A stretch of 64,000 nt of DNA, taken from the NCBI RefSeq assembly GCF_009914755.1, contig NC_060931.1; one strand, given 5' to 3'. The position numbers were made by a program, and so were the translations under genes. Source of the stretch: the human T2T-CHM13v2.0 reference genome, Homo sapiens. Of this stretch, positions 37,401-52,400 are shown one piece after another; positions within the stretch are counted from its first letter, which is position 1, and every line of letters begins with the position of its first letter. The notes under the pieces are model-generated. The model worked only from the letters and a program-made list of their open reading frames with translations, was not told where the DNA came from and ran no database searches.

Positions 37401-40400
37401 TTTCAGGTGGAGATTTCAAGCGATTTGAGGACAATTGCAGAAAAGGAAATATCTTCGTATAATAACCAGACAGAATCATTCTCAGAAAGTGCTTTGTGAT
37501 GTGTGCGTTCAACTCACAGAGATTAACCTTTCTTTTCATAGAGGAGTTTGGAAACACACTGTTTGTAAAGTCTGCAAGTGGATATATGGACCTGTTTGAG
37601 GCCTTCGTTGGAAACGGGATTTCTTCATTGAATGCTAGACGGAAGAATTCTCAGTAAATTCTTTGTGTTGTGTGCATTCAACTCACAGAGTGGAACGTCC
37701 CTTTAGACAGAGCTGATTTGAAACACTCTTTTTGCGGAATTTGCAAGTGGAGATTTCTAGCCATTTGATGCCAACAGTAGAAAGGGAAATATCTTCAAAT
37801 AAAAACCAGACAGAATCATTCTCAGAAAATTCTTTGTGATGTGTGCGTTCAACTCACATAGTTTAACCTTTCTTTTCATAGAGCAGTTTGGAAACACTCT
37901 GTTTGTAAAGTCTGCAAGTGGATATATGGACCGCATTGAGGCCTTCGTTGGAAACGGGATTTCTTCATTTCATGCTAGACAGAAGAATTCTCAGTAACTT
38001 CTTTGTGCTGTGTGTATTCAACTCACAGAGTGGAACGTCCCTTTGCACAGAGCAGATTTGAAACACTCTTTTTGTGGAGTTTGCAAGTGGAGATTTCAAG
38101 CGATTTGATGCCAACAGTAGAAAAGGAAATATCTTCAAATAGAAACTAGACAGAATCATTCTCAGAAACTACTTTGTGATGTGTGCCTTCAACTCACAGA
38201 GTTCAACCTTTCTTTTCTTAGAGCAGTTTAGAAACACTCTGCTTGTTATGTCTGCAAGTGGATATTTGGACCTCTTTGAGGCCTTCGTTGCAAACGGGGT
38301 TTCTTCCTTTCATGCTAGACTAAGAAGAGTTCTCAGTAACTTTTTTGTGTTGTGTGTATTCAACTCACAGAGTTGAACCTTGCTTTAGAGAGAGCAGATT
38401 TGAAACACTCTTGCTGTGGCATTTTCAGGTGGAGATTTCAAGCGATTTGAGGACAATTGCAGAAAAGGAAATATCTTCGTATAATAACCAGACAGAATCA
38501 TTCTCAGAAAGTGCTTTGTGATGTGTGCGTTCAACTCACAGAGTTTAACCTTTCTTTTCATAGAGGAGTTTGGAAACACACTGTTTGTAAAGTCTGCAAG
38601 TGGATATATGGACCTGTTTGAGGCCTTCGTTGGAAACGGGATTTCTTCATTGAATGCTAGACGGAAGAATTCTCAGTAAATTCTTTGTGTTGTGTGCATT
38701 CAACTCACAGAGTGGAACGTCCCTTTAGACAGAGCAGATTTGAAACACTCTTTTTGCGGAATTTGCAAGTGGAGATTTCTAGCCATTTGATGCCAACAGT
38801 AGAAAGGGAAATATCTTCAAATAAAAACCAGACAGAATCATTCTCAGAAAATTCTTTGTGATGTGTGCGTTCAACTCACATAGTTTAACCTTTCTTTTCA
38901 TAGAGCAGTTTGGAAACACTCTGTTTGTAAAGTCTGCAAGTGGATATATGGACCGCATTGAGGCCTTCGTTGGAAACGGGATTTCTTCATTTCATGCTAG
39001 ACAGAAGAATTCTCAGTAACTTCTTTGTGCTGTGTGTATTCAACTCACAGAGTGGAACGTCCCTTTGCACAGAGCAGATTTGAAACACTCTTTTTGTGGA
39101 GTTTGCAAGTGGAGATTTCAAGCGATTTGATGCCAACAGTAGAAAAGGAAATATCTTCAAATAGAAACTAGACAGAATCATTCTCAGAAACTACTTTGTG
39201 ATGTGTGCCTTCAACTCACAGAGTTCAACCTTTCTTTTCTTAGAGCAGTTTAGAAACACTCTGCTTGTTATGTCTGCAAGTGGATATTTGGACCTCTTTG
39301 AGGCCTTCGTTGCAAACGGGGTTTCTTCCTTTCATGCTAGACTAAGAAGAGTTCTCAGTAACTTTTTTGTGTTGTGTGTATTCAACTCACAGAGTTGAAC
39401 CTTGCTTTAGAGAGAGCAGATTTGAAACACTCTTGCTGTGGCATTTTCAGGTGGAGATTTCAAGCGATTTGAGGACAATTGCAGAAAAGGAAATATCTTC
39501 GTATAATAACCAGACAGAATCATTCTCAGAAAGTGCTTTGTGATGTGTGCGTTCAACTCACAGAGTTTAACCTTTCTTTTCATAGAGGAGTTTGGAAACA
39601 CACTGTTTGTAAAGTCTGCAAGTGGATACATGGACCTGTTTGAGGCCTTCGTTGGAAACGGGATTTCTTCATTGAATGCTAGACGGAAGAATTCTCAGTA
39701 AATTCTTTGTGTTGTGTGCATTCAACTCACAGAGTGGAACGTCCCTTTAGACAGAGCAGATTTGAAACACTCTTTTTGCGGAATTTGCAAGTGGAGATTT
39801 CTAGCCATTTGATGCCAACAGTAGAAAGGGAAATATCTTCAAATAAAAACCAGACAGAATCATTCTCAGAAAATTCTTTGTGATGTGTGCGTTCAACTCA
39901 CATAGTTTAACCTTTCTTTTCATAGAGCAGTTTGGAAACACTCTGTTTGTAAAGTCTGCAAGTGGATATATGGACCGCATTGAGGCCTTCGTTGGAAACG
40001 GGATTTCTTCATTTCATGCTAGACAGAAGAATTCTCAGTAACTTCTTTGTGCTGTGTGTATTCAACTCACAGAGTGGAACGTCCCTTTGCACAGAGCAGA
40101 TTTGAAACACTCTTTTTGTGGAGTTTGCAAGTGGAGATTTCAAGCGATTTGATGCCAACAGTAGAAAAGGAAATATCTTCAAATAGAAACTAGACAGAAT
40201 CATTCTCAGAAACTACTTTGTGATGTGTGCCTTCAACTCACAGAGTTTAACCTTTCTTTTCTTAGAGCAGTTTAGAAACACTCTGCTTGTTATGTCTGCA
40301 AGTGGATATTTGGACCTCTTTGAGGCCTTCGTTGCAAACGGGGTTTCTTCCTTTCATGCTAGACTAAGAAGAGTTCTCAGTAACTTTTTTGTGTTGTGTG

Positions 40401-43400
40401 TATTCAACTCACAGAGTTGAACCTTGCTTTAGAGAGAGCAGATTTGAAACACTCTTGCTGTGGCATTTTCAGGTGGAGATTTCAAGCGATTTGAGGACAA
40501 TTGCAGAAAAGGAAATATCTTCGTATAATAACCAGACAGAATCATTCTCAGAAAGTGCTTTGTGATGTGTGCGTTCAACTCACAGAGTTTAACCTTTCTT
40601 TTCATAGAGGAGTTTGGAAACACACTGTTTGTAAAGTCTGCAAATGGATACATGGACCTGTTTGAGGCCTTCGTTGGAAACGGGATTTCTTCATTGAATG
40701 CTAGACGGAAGAATTCTCAGTAAATTCTTTGTGTTGTGTGCATTCAACTCACAGAGTGGAACGTCCCTTTAGACAGAGCAGATTTGAAACACTCTTTTTG
40801 CGGAATTTGCAAGTGGAGATTTCTAGCCATTTGATGCCAACAGTAGAAAGGGAAATATCTTCAAATAAAAACCAGACAGAATCATTCTCAGAAAATTCTT
40901 TGTGATGTGTGCGTTCAACTCACATAGTTTAACCTTTCTTTTCATAGAGCAGTTTGGAAACACTCTGTTTGTAAAGTCTGCAAGTGGATATATGGACCGC
41001 ATTGAGGCCTTCGTTGGAAACGGGATTTCTTCATTTCATGCTAGACAGAAGAATTCTCAGTAACTTCTTTGTGCTGTGTGTATTCAACTCACAGAGTGGA
41101 ACGTCCCTTTGCACAGAGCAGATTTGAAACACTCTTTTTGTGGAGTTTGCAAGTGGAGATTTCAAGCGATTTGATGCCAACAGTAGAAAAGGAAATATCT
41201 TCAAATAAAAACTAGACAGAATCATTCTCAGAAACTACTTTGTGATGTGTGCCTTCAACTCACAGAGTTTAACCTTTCTTTTCTTAGAGCAGTTTAGAAA
41301 CACTCTGCTTGTTATGTCTGCAAGTGGATATTTGGACCTCTTTGAGGCCTTCGTTGCAAACGGGGTTTCTTCCTTTCATGCTAGACTAAGAAGAGTTCTC
41401 AGTAACTTTTTTGTGTTGTGTGTATTCAACTCACAGAGTTGAACCTTGCTTTAGAGAGAGCAGATTTGAAACACTCTTGCTGTGGCATTTTCAGGTGGAG
41501 ATTTCAAGCGATTTGAGGACAATTGCAGAAAAGGAAATATCTTCGTATAATAACCAGACAGAATCATTCTCAGAAAGTGCTTTGTGATGTGTGCGTTCAA
41601 CTCACAGAGTTTAACCTTTCTTTTCATAGAGGAGTTTGGAAACACACTGTTTGTAAAGTCTGCAAGTGGATACATGGACCTGTTTGAGGCCTTCGTTGGA
41701 AACGGGATTTCTTCATTGAATGCTAGACGGAAGAATTCTCAGTAAATTCTTTGTGTTGTGTGCATTCAACTCACAGAGTGGAACGTCCCTTTAGACAGAG
41801 CAGATTTGAAACACTCTTTTTGCGGAATTTGCAAGTGGAGATTTCTAGCCATTTGATGCCAACAGTAGAAAGGGAAATATCTTCAAATAAAAACCAGACA
41901 GAATCATTCTCAGAAAATTCTTTGTGATGTGTGCGTTCAACTCACATAGTTTAACCTTTCTTTTCATAGAGCAGTTTGGAAACACTCTGTTTGTAAAGTC
42001 TGCAAGTGGATATATGGACCGCATTGAGGCCTTCGTTGGAAACGGGATTTCTTCATTTCATGCTAGACAGAAGAATTCTCAGTAACTTCTTTCTGCTGTG
42101 TGTATTCAACTCACAGAGTGGAACGTCCCTTTGCACAGAGCAGATTTGAAACACTCTTTTTGTGGAGTTTGCAAGTGGAGATTTCAAGCGATTTGATGCC
42201 AACAGTAGAAAAGGAAATATCTTCAAATAAAAACTAGACAGAATCATTCTCAGAAACTACTTTGTGATGTGTGCCTTCAACTCACAGAGTTTAACCTTTC
42301 TTTTCTTAGAGCAGTTTAGAAACACTCTGCTTGTTATGTCTGCAAGTGGATATTTGGACCTCTTTGAGGCCTTCGTTGCAAACGGGGTTTCTTCCTTTCA
42401 TGCTAGACTAAGAAGAGTTCTCAGTAACGTTTTTGTGTTGTGTGTATTCAACTCACAGAGTTGAACCTTGCTTTAGAGAGAGCAGATTTGAAACACTCTT
42501 GCTGTGGCATTTTCAGGTGGAGATTTCAAGCGATTTGAGGACAATTGCAGAAAAGGAAATATCTTCGTATAATAACCAGACAGAATCATTCTCAGAAAGT
42601 GCTTTGTGATGTGTGCGTTCAACTCACAGAGTTTAACCTTTCTTTTCATAGAGGAGTTTGGAAACACACTGTTTGTAAAGTCTGCAAGTGGATACATGGA
42701 CTTGTTTGAGGCCTTCGTTGGAAACGGGATTTCTTCATTGAATGCTAGACGGAAGAATTCTCAGTAAATTCTTTGTGTTGTGTGCATTCAACTCACAGAG
42801 TGGAACGTCCCTTTAGACAGAGCAGATTTGAAACACTCTTTTTGCGGAATTTGCAAGTGGAGATTTCTAGCCATTTGATGCCAACAGTAGAAAGGGAAAT
42901 ATCTTCAAATAAAAACCAGACAGAATCATTCTCAGAAAATTCTTTGTGATGTGTGCGTTCAACTCACATAGTTTAACCTTTCTTTTCATAGAGCAGTTTG
43001 GAAACACTCTGTTTGTAAAGTCTGCAAGTGGATATATGGACCGCATTGAGGCCTTCGTTGGAAACGGGATTTCTTCATTTCATGCTAGACAGAAGAATTC
43101 TCAGTAACTTCTTTGTGCTGTGTGTATTCAACTCACAGAGTGGAACGTCCCTTTGCACAGAGCAGATTTGAAACACTCTTTTTGTGGAGTTTGCAAGTGG
43201 AGATTTCAAGCGATTTGATGCCAACAGTAGAAAAGGAAATATCTTCAAATAAAAACTAGACAGAATCATTCTCAGAAACTACTTTGTGATGTGTGCCTTC
43301 AACTCACAGAGTTTAACCTTTCTTTTCTTAGAGCAGTTTAGAAACACTCTGCTTGTTATGTCTGCAAGTGGATATTTGGACCTCTTTGAGGCCTTCGTTG

Positions 43401-46400
43401 CAAACGTGGTTTCTTCCTTTCATGCTAGACTAAGAAGAGTTCTCAGTAACTTTTTTGTGTTGTGTGTATTCAACTCACAGAGTTGAACCTTGCTTTAGAG
43501 AGAGCAGATTTGAAACACTCTTGCTGTGGCATTTTCAGGTGGAGATTTCAAGCGATTTGAGGACAATTGCAGAAAAGGAAATATCTTCGTATAATAACCA
43601 GACAGAATCATTCTCAGAAAGTGCTTTGTGATGTGTGCGTTCAACTCACAGAGTTTAACCTTTCTTTTCATAGAGGAGTTTGGAAACACACTGTTTGTAA
43701 AGTCTGCAAGTGGATACATGGACCTGTTTGAGGCCTTCGTTGGAAACGGGATTTCTTCATTGAATGCTAGACGGAAGAATTCTCAGTAAATTCTTTGTGT
43801 TGTGTGCATTCAACTCACAGAGTGGAACGTCCCTTTAGACAGAGCAGATTTGAAACACTCTTTTTGCGGAATTTGCAAGTGGAGATTTCTAGCCATTTGA
43901 TGCCAACAGTAGAAAGGGAAATATCTTCAAATAAAAACCAGACAGAATCATTCTCAGAAAATTCTTTGTGATGTGTGCGTTCAACTCACATAGTTTAACC
44001 TTTCTTTTCATAGAGCAGTTTGGAAACACTCTGTTTGTAAAGTCTGCAAGTGGATATATGGACCGCATTGAGGCCTTCGTTGGAAACGGGATTTCTTCAT
44101 TTCATGCTAGACAGAAGAATTCTCAGTAACTTCTTTGTGCTGTGTGTATTCAACTCACAGAGTGGAACGTCCCTTTGCACAGAGCAGATTTGAAACACTC
44201 TTTTTGTGGAGTTTGCAAGTGGAGATTTCAAGCGATTTGATGCCAACAGTAGAAAAGGAAATATCTTCAAATAAAAACTAGACAGAATCATTCTCAGAAA
44301 CTACTTTGTGATGTGTGCCTTCAACTCACAGAGTTTAACCTTTCTTTTCTTAGAGCAGTTTAGAAACACTCTGCTTGTTATGTCTGCAAGTGGATATTTG
44401 GACCTCTTTGAGGCCTTCGTTGCAAACGGGGTTTCTTCCTTTCATGCTAGACTAAGAAGAGTTCTCAGTAACTTTTTTGTGTTGTGTGTATTCAACTCAC
44501 AGAGTTGAACCTTGCTTTAGAGAGAGCAGATTTGAAACACTCTTGCTGTGGCATTTTCAGGTGGAGATTTCAAGCGATTTGAGGACAATTGCAGAAAAGG
44601 AAATATCTTCGTATAATAACCAGACAGAATCATTCTCAGAAAGTGCTTTGTGATGTGTGCGTTCAACTCACAGAGTTTAACCTTTCTTTTCATAGAGGAG
44701 TTTGGAAACACACTGTTTGTAAAGTCTGCAAGTGGATACATGGACCTGTTTGAGGCCTTCGTTGGAAACGGGATTTCTTCATTGAATGCTAGACGGAAGA
44801 ATTCTCAGTAAATTCTTTGTGTTGTGTGCATTCAACTCACAGAGTGGAACGTCCCTTTAGACAGAGCAGATTTGAAACACTCTTTTTGCGGAATTTGCAA
44901 GTGGAGATTTCTAGCCATTTGATGCCAACAGTAGAAAGGGAAATATCTTCAAATAAAAACCAGACAGAATCATTCTCAGAAAATTCTTTGTGATGTGTGC
45001 GTTCAACTCACATAGTTTAACCTTTCTTTTCATAGAGCAGTTTGGAAACACTCTGTTTGTAAAGTCTGCAAGTGGATATATGGACCGCATTGAGGCCTTC
45101 GTTGGAAACGGGATTTCTTCATTTCATGCTAGACAGAAGAATTCTCAGTAACTTCTTTGTGCTGTGTGTATTCAACTCACAGAGTGGAACGTCCCTTTGC
45201 ACAGAGCAGATTTGAAACACTCTTTTTGTGGAGTTTGCAAGTGGAGATTTCAAGCGATTTGATGCCAACAGTAGAAAAGGAAATATCTTCAAATAGAAAC
45301 TAGACAGAATCATTCTCAGAAACTACTTTGTGATGTGTGCCTTCAACTCACAGAGTTTAACCTTTCTTTTCTTAGAGCAGTTTAGAAACACTCTGCTTGT
45401 TACGTCTGCAAGTGGATATTTGGACCTCTTTGAGGCCTTCGTTGCAAACGGGGTTTCTTCCTTTAATGCTAGACTAAGAAGAGTTCTCAGTTACTTTTTT
45501 GTGTTGTGTGTATTCAACTCACAGAGTTGAACCTTGCTTTAGAGAGAGCAGATTTGAAACACTCTTGCTGTGGCATTTTCAGGTGGAGATTTCAAGCGAT
45601 TTGAGGACAATTGCAGAAAAGGAAATATCTTCGTATAATAACCAGACAGAATCATTCTCAGAAAGTGCTTTGTGATGTGTGCGTTCAACTCACAGAGTTT
45701 AACCTTTCTTTTCATAGAGGAGTTTGGAAACACACTGTTTGTAAAGTCTGCAAGTGGATATATGGACCTGTTTGAGGCCTTCGTTGGAAACGGGATTTCT
45801 TCATTGAATGCTAGACGGAAGAATTCTCAGTAAATTCTTTGTGTTGTGTGCATTCAACTCACAGAGTGGAACGTCCCTTTAGACAGAGCAGATTTGAAAC
45901 ACTCTTTTTGCGGAATTTGCAAGTGGAGATTTCTAGCCATTTGATGCCAACAGTAGAAAGGGAAATATCTTCAAATAAAAACCAGACAGAATCATTCTCA
46001 GAAAATTCTTTGTGATGTGTGCGTTCAACTCACATAGTTTAACCTTTCTTTTCATAGAGCAGTTTGGAAACACTCTGTTTGTAAAGTCTGCAAGTGGATA
46101 TATGGACCGCATTGAGGCCTTCGTTGGAAACGGGATTTCTTCATTTCATGCTAGACAGAAGAATTCTCAGTAACTTCTTTGTGCTGTGTGTATTCAACTC
46201 ACAGAGTGGAACGTCCCTTTGCACAGAGCAGATTTGAAACACTCTTTTTGTGGAGTTTGCAAGTGGAGATTTCAAGCGATTTGATGCCAACAGTAGAAAA
46301 GGAAATATCTTCAAATAAAAACTAGACAGAATCATTCTCAGAAACTACTTTGTGATGTGTGCCTTCAACTCACAGAGTTTAACCTTTCTTTTCTTAGAGC

Positions 46401-49400
46401 AGTTTAGAAACACTCTGCTTGTTATGTCTGCAAGTGGATATTTGGACCTCTTTGAGGCCTTCGTTGCAAACGGGGTTTCTTCCTTTCATGCTAGACTAAG
46501 AAGAGTTCTCAGTAACTTTTTTGTGTTGTGTGTATTCAACTCACAGAGTTGAACCTTGCTTTAGAGAGAGCAGATTTGAAACACTCTTGCTGTGGCATTT
46601 TCAGGTGGAGATTTCAAGCGATTTGAGGACAATTGCAGAAAAGGAAATATCTTCGTATAATAACCAGACAGAATCATTCTCAGAAAGTGCTTTGTGATGT
46701 GTGCGTTCAACTCACAGAGTTTAACCTTTCTTTTCATAGAGGAGTTTGGAAACACACTGTTTGTAAAGTCTGCAAGTGGATACATGGACCTGTTTGAGGC
46801 CTTCGTTGGAAACGGGATTTCTTCATTGAATGCTAGACGGAAGAATTCTCAGTAAATTCTTTGTGTTGTGTGCATTGAACTCACAGAGTGGAACGTCCCT
46901 TTAGACAGAGCAGATTTGAAACACTCTTTTTGCGGAATTTGCAAGTGGAGATTTCTAGCCATTTGATGCCAACAGTAGAAAGGGAAATATCTTCAAATAA
47001 AAACCAGACAGAATCATTCTCAGAAAATTCTTTGTGATGTGTGCGTTCAACTCACATAGTTTAACCTTTCTTTTCATAGAGCAGTTTGGAAACACTCTGT
47101 TTGTAAAGTCTGCAAGTGGATATATGGACCGCATTGAGGCCTTCGTTGGAAACGGGATTTCTTCATTTCATGCTAGACAGAAGAATTCTCAGTAACTTCT
47201 TTGTGCTGTGTGTATTCAACTCACAGAGTGGAACGTACCTTTGCACAGAGCAGATTTGAAACACTCTTTTTGTGGAGTTTGCAAGTGGAGATTTCAAGCG
47301 ATTTGATGCCAACAGTAGAAAAGGAAATATCTTCAAATAAAAACTAGACAGAATCATTCTCAGAAACTACTTTGTGATGTGTGCCTTCAACTCACAGAGT
47401 TTAACCTTTCTTTTCTTAGAGCAGTTTAGAAACACTCTGCTTGTTATGTCTGCAAGTGGATATTTGGACGTCTTTGAGGCCTTCGTTGCAAACGTGGTTT
47501 CTTCCTTTCATGCTAGACTAAGAAGAGTTCTCAGTAACTTTTTTGTGTTGTGTGTATTCAACTCACAGAGTTGAACCTTGCTTTAGAGAGAGCAGATTTG
47601 AAACACTCTTGCTGTGGCATTTTCAGGTGGAGATTTCAAGCGATTTGAGGACAATTGCAGAAAAGGAAATATCTTCGTATAATAACCAGACAGAATCATT
47701 CTCAGAAAGTGCTTTGTGATGTGTGCGTTCAACTCACAGAGTTTAACCTTTCTTTTCATAGAGGAGTTTGGAAACACACTGTTTGTAAAGTCTGCAAGTG
47801 GATACATGGACCTGTTTGAGGCCTTCGTTGGAAACGGGATTTCTTCATTGAATGCTAGACGGAAGAATTCTCAGTAAATTCTTTGTGTTGTGTGCATTCA
47901 ACTCACAGAGTGGAACGTCCCTTTAGACAGAGCAGATTTGAAACACTCTTTTTGCGGAATTTGCAAGTGGAGATTTCTAGCCATTTGATGCCAACAGTAG
48001 AAAGGGAAATATCTTCAAATAAAAACCAGACAGAATCATTCTCAGAAAATTCTTTGTGATGTGTGCGTTCAACTCACATAGTTTAACCTTTCTTTTCATA
48101 GAGCAGTTTGGAAACACTCTGTTTGTAAAGTCTGCAAGTGGATATATGGACCGCATTGAGGCCTTCGTTGGAAACGGGATTTCTTCATTTCATGCTAGAC
48201 AGAAGAATTCTCAGTAACTTCTTTGTGCTGTGTGTATTCAACTCACAGAGTGGAACGTCCCTTTGCACAGAGCAGATTTGAAACACTCTTTTTGTGGAGT
48301 TTGCAAGTGGAGATTTCAAGCGATTTGATGCCAACAGTAGAAAAGGAAATATCTTCAAATAAAAACTAGACAGAATCATTCTCAGAAACTACTTTGTGAT
48401 GTGTGCCTTCAACTCACAGAGTTTAACCTTTCTTTTCTTAGAGCAGTTTAGAAACACTCTGCTTGTTATGTCTGCAAGTGGATATTTGGACCTCTTTGAG
48501 GCCTTCGTTGCAAACGGGGTTTCTTCATTTCATGCTAGACTAAGAAGAGTTCTCAGTAACTTTTTTGTGTTGTGTGTATTCAACTCACAGAGTTGAACCT
48601 TGCTTTAGAGAGAGCAGATTTGAAACACTCTTGCTGTGGCATTTTCAGGTGGAGATTTCAAGCGATTTGAGGACAATTGCAGAAAAGGAAACATCTTCGT
48701 ATAATAACCAGACAGAATCATTCTCAGAAAGTGCTTTGTGATGTGTGCGTTCAACTCACAGAGTTTAACCTTTCTTTTCATAGAGGAGTTTGGAAACACA
48801 CTGTTTGTAAAGTCTGCAAGTGGATATATGGACCTGTTTGAGGCCTTCGTTGGAAACGGGATTTCTTCATTGAATGCTAGACGGAAGAATTCTCAGTAAA
48901 TTCTTTGTGTTGTGTGCATTCAACTCACAGAGTGGAACGTCCCTTTAGACAGAGCAGATTTGAAACCCTCTTTTTGCGGAATTTGCAAGTGGAGATTTCT
49001 AGCCATTTGATGCCAACAGTAGAAAGGGAAATATCTTCAAATAAAAACCAGACAGAATCATTCTCAGAAAATTCTTTGTGATGTGTGCGTTCAACTCACA
49101 TAGTTTAACCTTTCTTTTCATAGAGCAGTTTGGAAACACTCTGTTTGTAAAGTCTGCAAGTGGATATATGGACCGCATTGAGGCCTTCGTTGGAAACGGG
49201 ATTTCTTCATTTCATGCTAGACAGAAGAATTCTCAGTAACTTCTTTGTGCTGTGTGTATTCAACTCACAGAGTGGAACGTCCCTTTGCACAGAGCAGATT
49301 TGAAACACTCTTTTTGTGGAGTTTGCAAGTGGAGATTTCAAGCGATTTGATGCCAACAGTAGAAAAGGAAATATCTTCAAATAAAAACTAGACAGAATCA

Positions 49401-52400
49401 TTCTCAGAAATTACTTTGTGATGTGTGCCTTCAACTCACAGAGTTTAACCTTTCTTTTCTTAGAGCAGTTTAGAAACACTCTGCTTGTTAGGTCTGCAAG
49501 TGGATATTTGGACCTCTTTGAGGCCTTCGTTGCAAACGGGGTTTCTTCCTTTCATGCTAGACTAAGAAGAGTTCTCAGTAACTTTTTTGTGTTGTGTGTA
49601 TTCAACTCACAGAGTTGAACCTTGCTTTAGAGAGAGCAGATTTGAAACACTCTTGCTGTGGCATTTTCAGGTGGAGATTTCAAGCGATTTGAGGACAATT
49701 GCAGAAAAGGAAATATCTTCGTATAATAACCAGACAGAATCATTCTCAGAAAGTGCTTTGTGATGTGTGCGTTCAACTCACAGAGTTTAACCTTTCTTTT
49801 CATAGAGGAGTTTGGAAACACACTGTTTGTAAAGTCTGCAAGTGGATACATGGACCTGTTTGAGGCCTTCGTTGGAAACGGGATTTCTTCATTGAATGCT
49901 AGACGGAAGAATTCTCAGTAAATTCTTTGTGTTGTGTGCATTGAACTCACAGAGTGGAACGTCCCTTTAGACAGAGCAGATTTGAAACACTCTTTTTGCG
50001 GAATTTGCAAGTGGAGATTTCTAGCCATTTGATGCCAACAGTAGAAAGGGAAATATCTTCAAATAAAAACCAGACAGAATCATTCTCAGAAAATTCTTTG
50101 TGATGTGTGCGTTCAACTCACATAGTTTAACCTTTCTTTTCATAGAGCAGTTTGGAAACACTCTGTTTGTAAAGTCTGCAAGTGGATATATGGACCGCAT
50201 TGAGGCCTTCGTTGGAAACGGGATTTCTTCATTTCATGCTAGACAGAAGAATTCTCAGTAACTTCTTTGTGCTGTGTGTATTCAACTCACAGAGTGGAAC
50301 GTCCCTTTGCACAGAGCAGATTTGAAACACTCTTTTTGTGGAGTTTGCAAGTGGAGATTTCAAGCGATTTGATGCCAACAGTAGAAAAGGAAATATCTTC
50401 AAATAAAAACTAGACAGAATCATTCTCAGAAACTACTTTGTGATGTGTGCCTTCAACTCACAGAGTTTAACCTTTCTTTTCTTAGAGCAGTTTAGAAACA
50501 CTCTGCTTGTTATGTCTGCAAGTGGATATTTGGACCTCTTTGAGGCCTTCGTTGCAAACGGGGTTTCTTCCTTTCATGCTAGACTAAGAAGAGTTCTCAG
50601 TAACTTTTTTGTGTTGTGTGTATTCAACTCACAGAGTTGAACCCTGCTTTAGAGAGAGCAGATTTGAAACACTCTTGCTGTGGCATTTTCAGGTGGAGAT
50701 TTCAAGCGATTTGAGGACAATTGCAGAAAAGGAAATATCTTCGTATAATAACCAGACAGAATCATTCTCAGAAAGTGCTTTGTGATGTGTGCGTTCAACT
50801 CACAGAGTTTAACCTTTCTTTTCATAGAGGAGTTTGGAAACACACTGTTTGTAAAGTCTGCAAGTGGATATATGGACCTGTTTGAGGCCTTCGTTGGAAA
50901 CGGGATTTCTTCATTGAATGCTAGACGGAAGAATTCTCAGTAAATTCTTTGTGTTGTGTGCATTCAACTCACAGAGTGGAACGTCCCTTTAGACAGAGCA
51001 GATTTGAAACACTCTTTTTGCGGAATTTGCAAGTGGAGATTTCTAGCCATTTGATGCCAACAGTAGAAAGGGAAATATCTTCAAATAAAAACCAGACAGA
51101 ATCATTCTCAGAAAATTCTTTGTGATGTGTGCGTTCAACTCACATAGTTTAACCTTTCTTTTCACAGAGCAGTTTGGAAACACTCTGTTTGTAAAGTCTG
51201 CAAGTGGATATATGGACCGCATTGAGGCCTTCGTTGGAAACGGGATTTCTTCATTTCATGCTAGACAGAAGAATTCTCAGTAACTTCTTTGTGCTGTGTG
51301 TATTCAACTCACAGAGTGGAACGTCCCTTTGCACAGAGCAGATTTGAAACACTCTTTTTGTGGAGTTTGCAAGTGGAGATTTCAAGCAATTTGATGCCAA
51401 CAGTAGAAAAGGAAATATCTTCAAATAGAAACTAGACAGAATCATTCTCAGAAACTACTTTGTGATGTGTGCCTTCAACTCACAGAGTTTAACCTTTCTT
51501 TTCTTAGAGCAGTTTAGAAACACTCTGCTTGTTACGTCTGCAAGTGGATATTTGGACCTCTTTGAGGCCTTCGTTGCAAACGGGGTTTCTTCCTTTAATG
51601 CTAGACTAAGAAGAGTTCTCAGTTACTTTTTTGTGTTGTGTGTATTCAACTCACAGAGTTGAACCTTGCTTTAGAGAGAGCAGATTTGAAACACTCTTGC
51701 TGTGGCATTTTCAGGTGGAGATTTCAAGCGATTTGAGGACAATTGCAGAAAAGGAAATATCTTCGTATAATAACCAGACAGAATCATTCTCAGAAAGTGC
51801 TTTGTGATGTGTGCGTTCAACTCACAGAGTTTAACCTTTCTTTTCATAGAGGAGTTTGGAAACACACTGTTTGTAAAGTCTGCAAGTGGATATATGGACC
51901 TGTTTGAGGCCTTCGTTGGAAACGGGATTTCTTCATTGAATGCTAGACGGAAGAATTCTCAGTAAATTCTTTGTGTTGTGTGCATTCAACTCACAGAGTG
52001 GAACGTCCCTTTAGACAGAGCAGATTTGAAACACTCTTTTTGCGGAATTTGCAAGTGGAGATTTCTAGCCATTTGATGCCAACAGTAGAAAGGGAAATAT
52101 CTTCAAATAAAAACCAGACAGAATCATTCTCAGAAAATTCTTTGTGATGTGTGCGTTCAACTCACATAGTTTAACCTTTCTTTTCATAGAGCAGTTTGGA
52201 AACACTCTGTTTGTAAAGTCTGCAAGTGGATATATGGACCGCATTGAGGCCTTCGTTGGAAACGGGATTTCTTCATTTCATGCTAGACAGAAGAATTCTC
52301 AGTAACTTCTTTGTGCTGTGTGTATTCAACTCACAGAGTGGAACGTCCCTTTGCACAGAGCAGATTTGAAACACTCTTTTTGTGGAGTTTGCAAGTGGAG

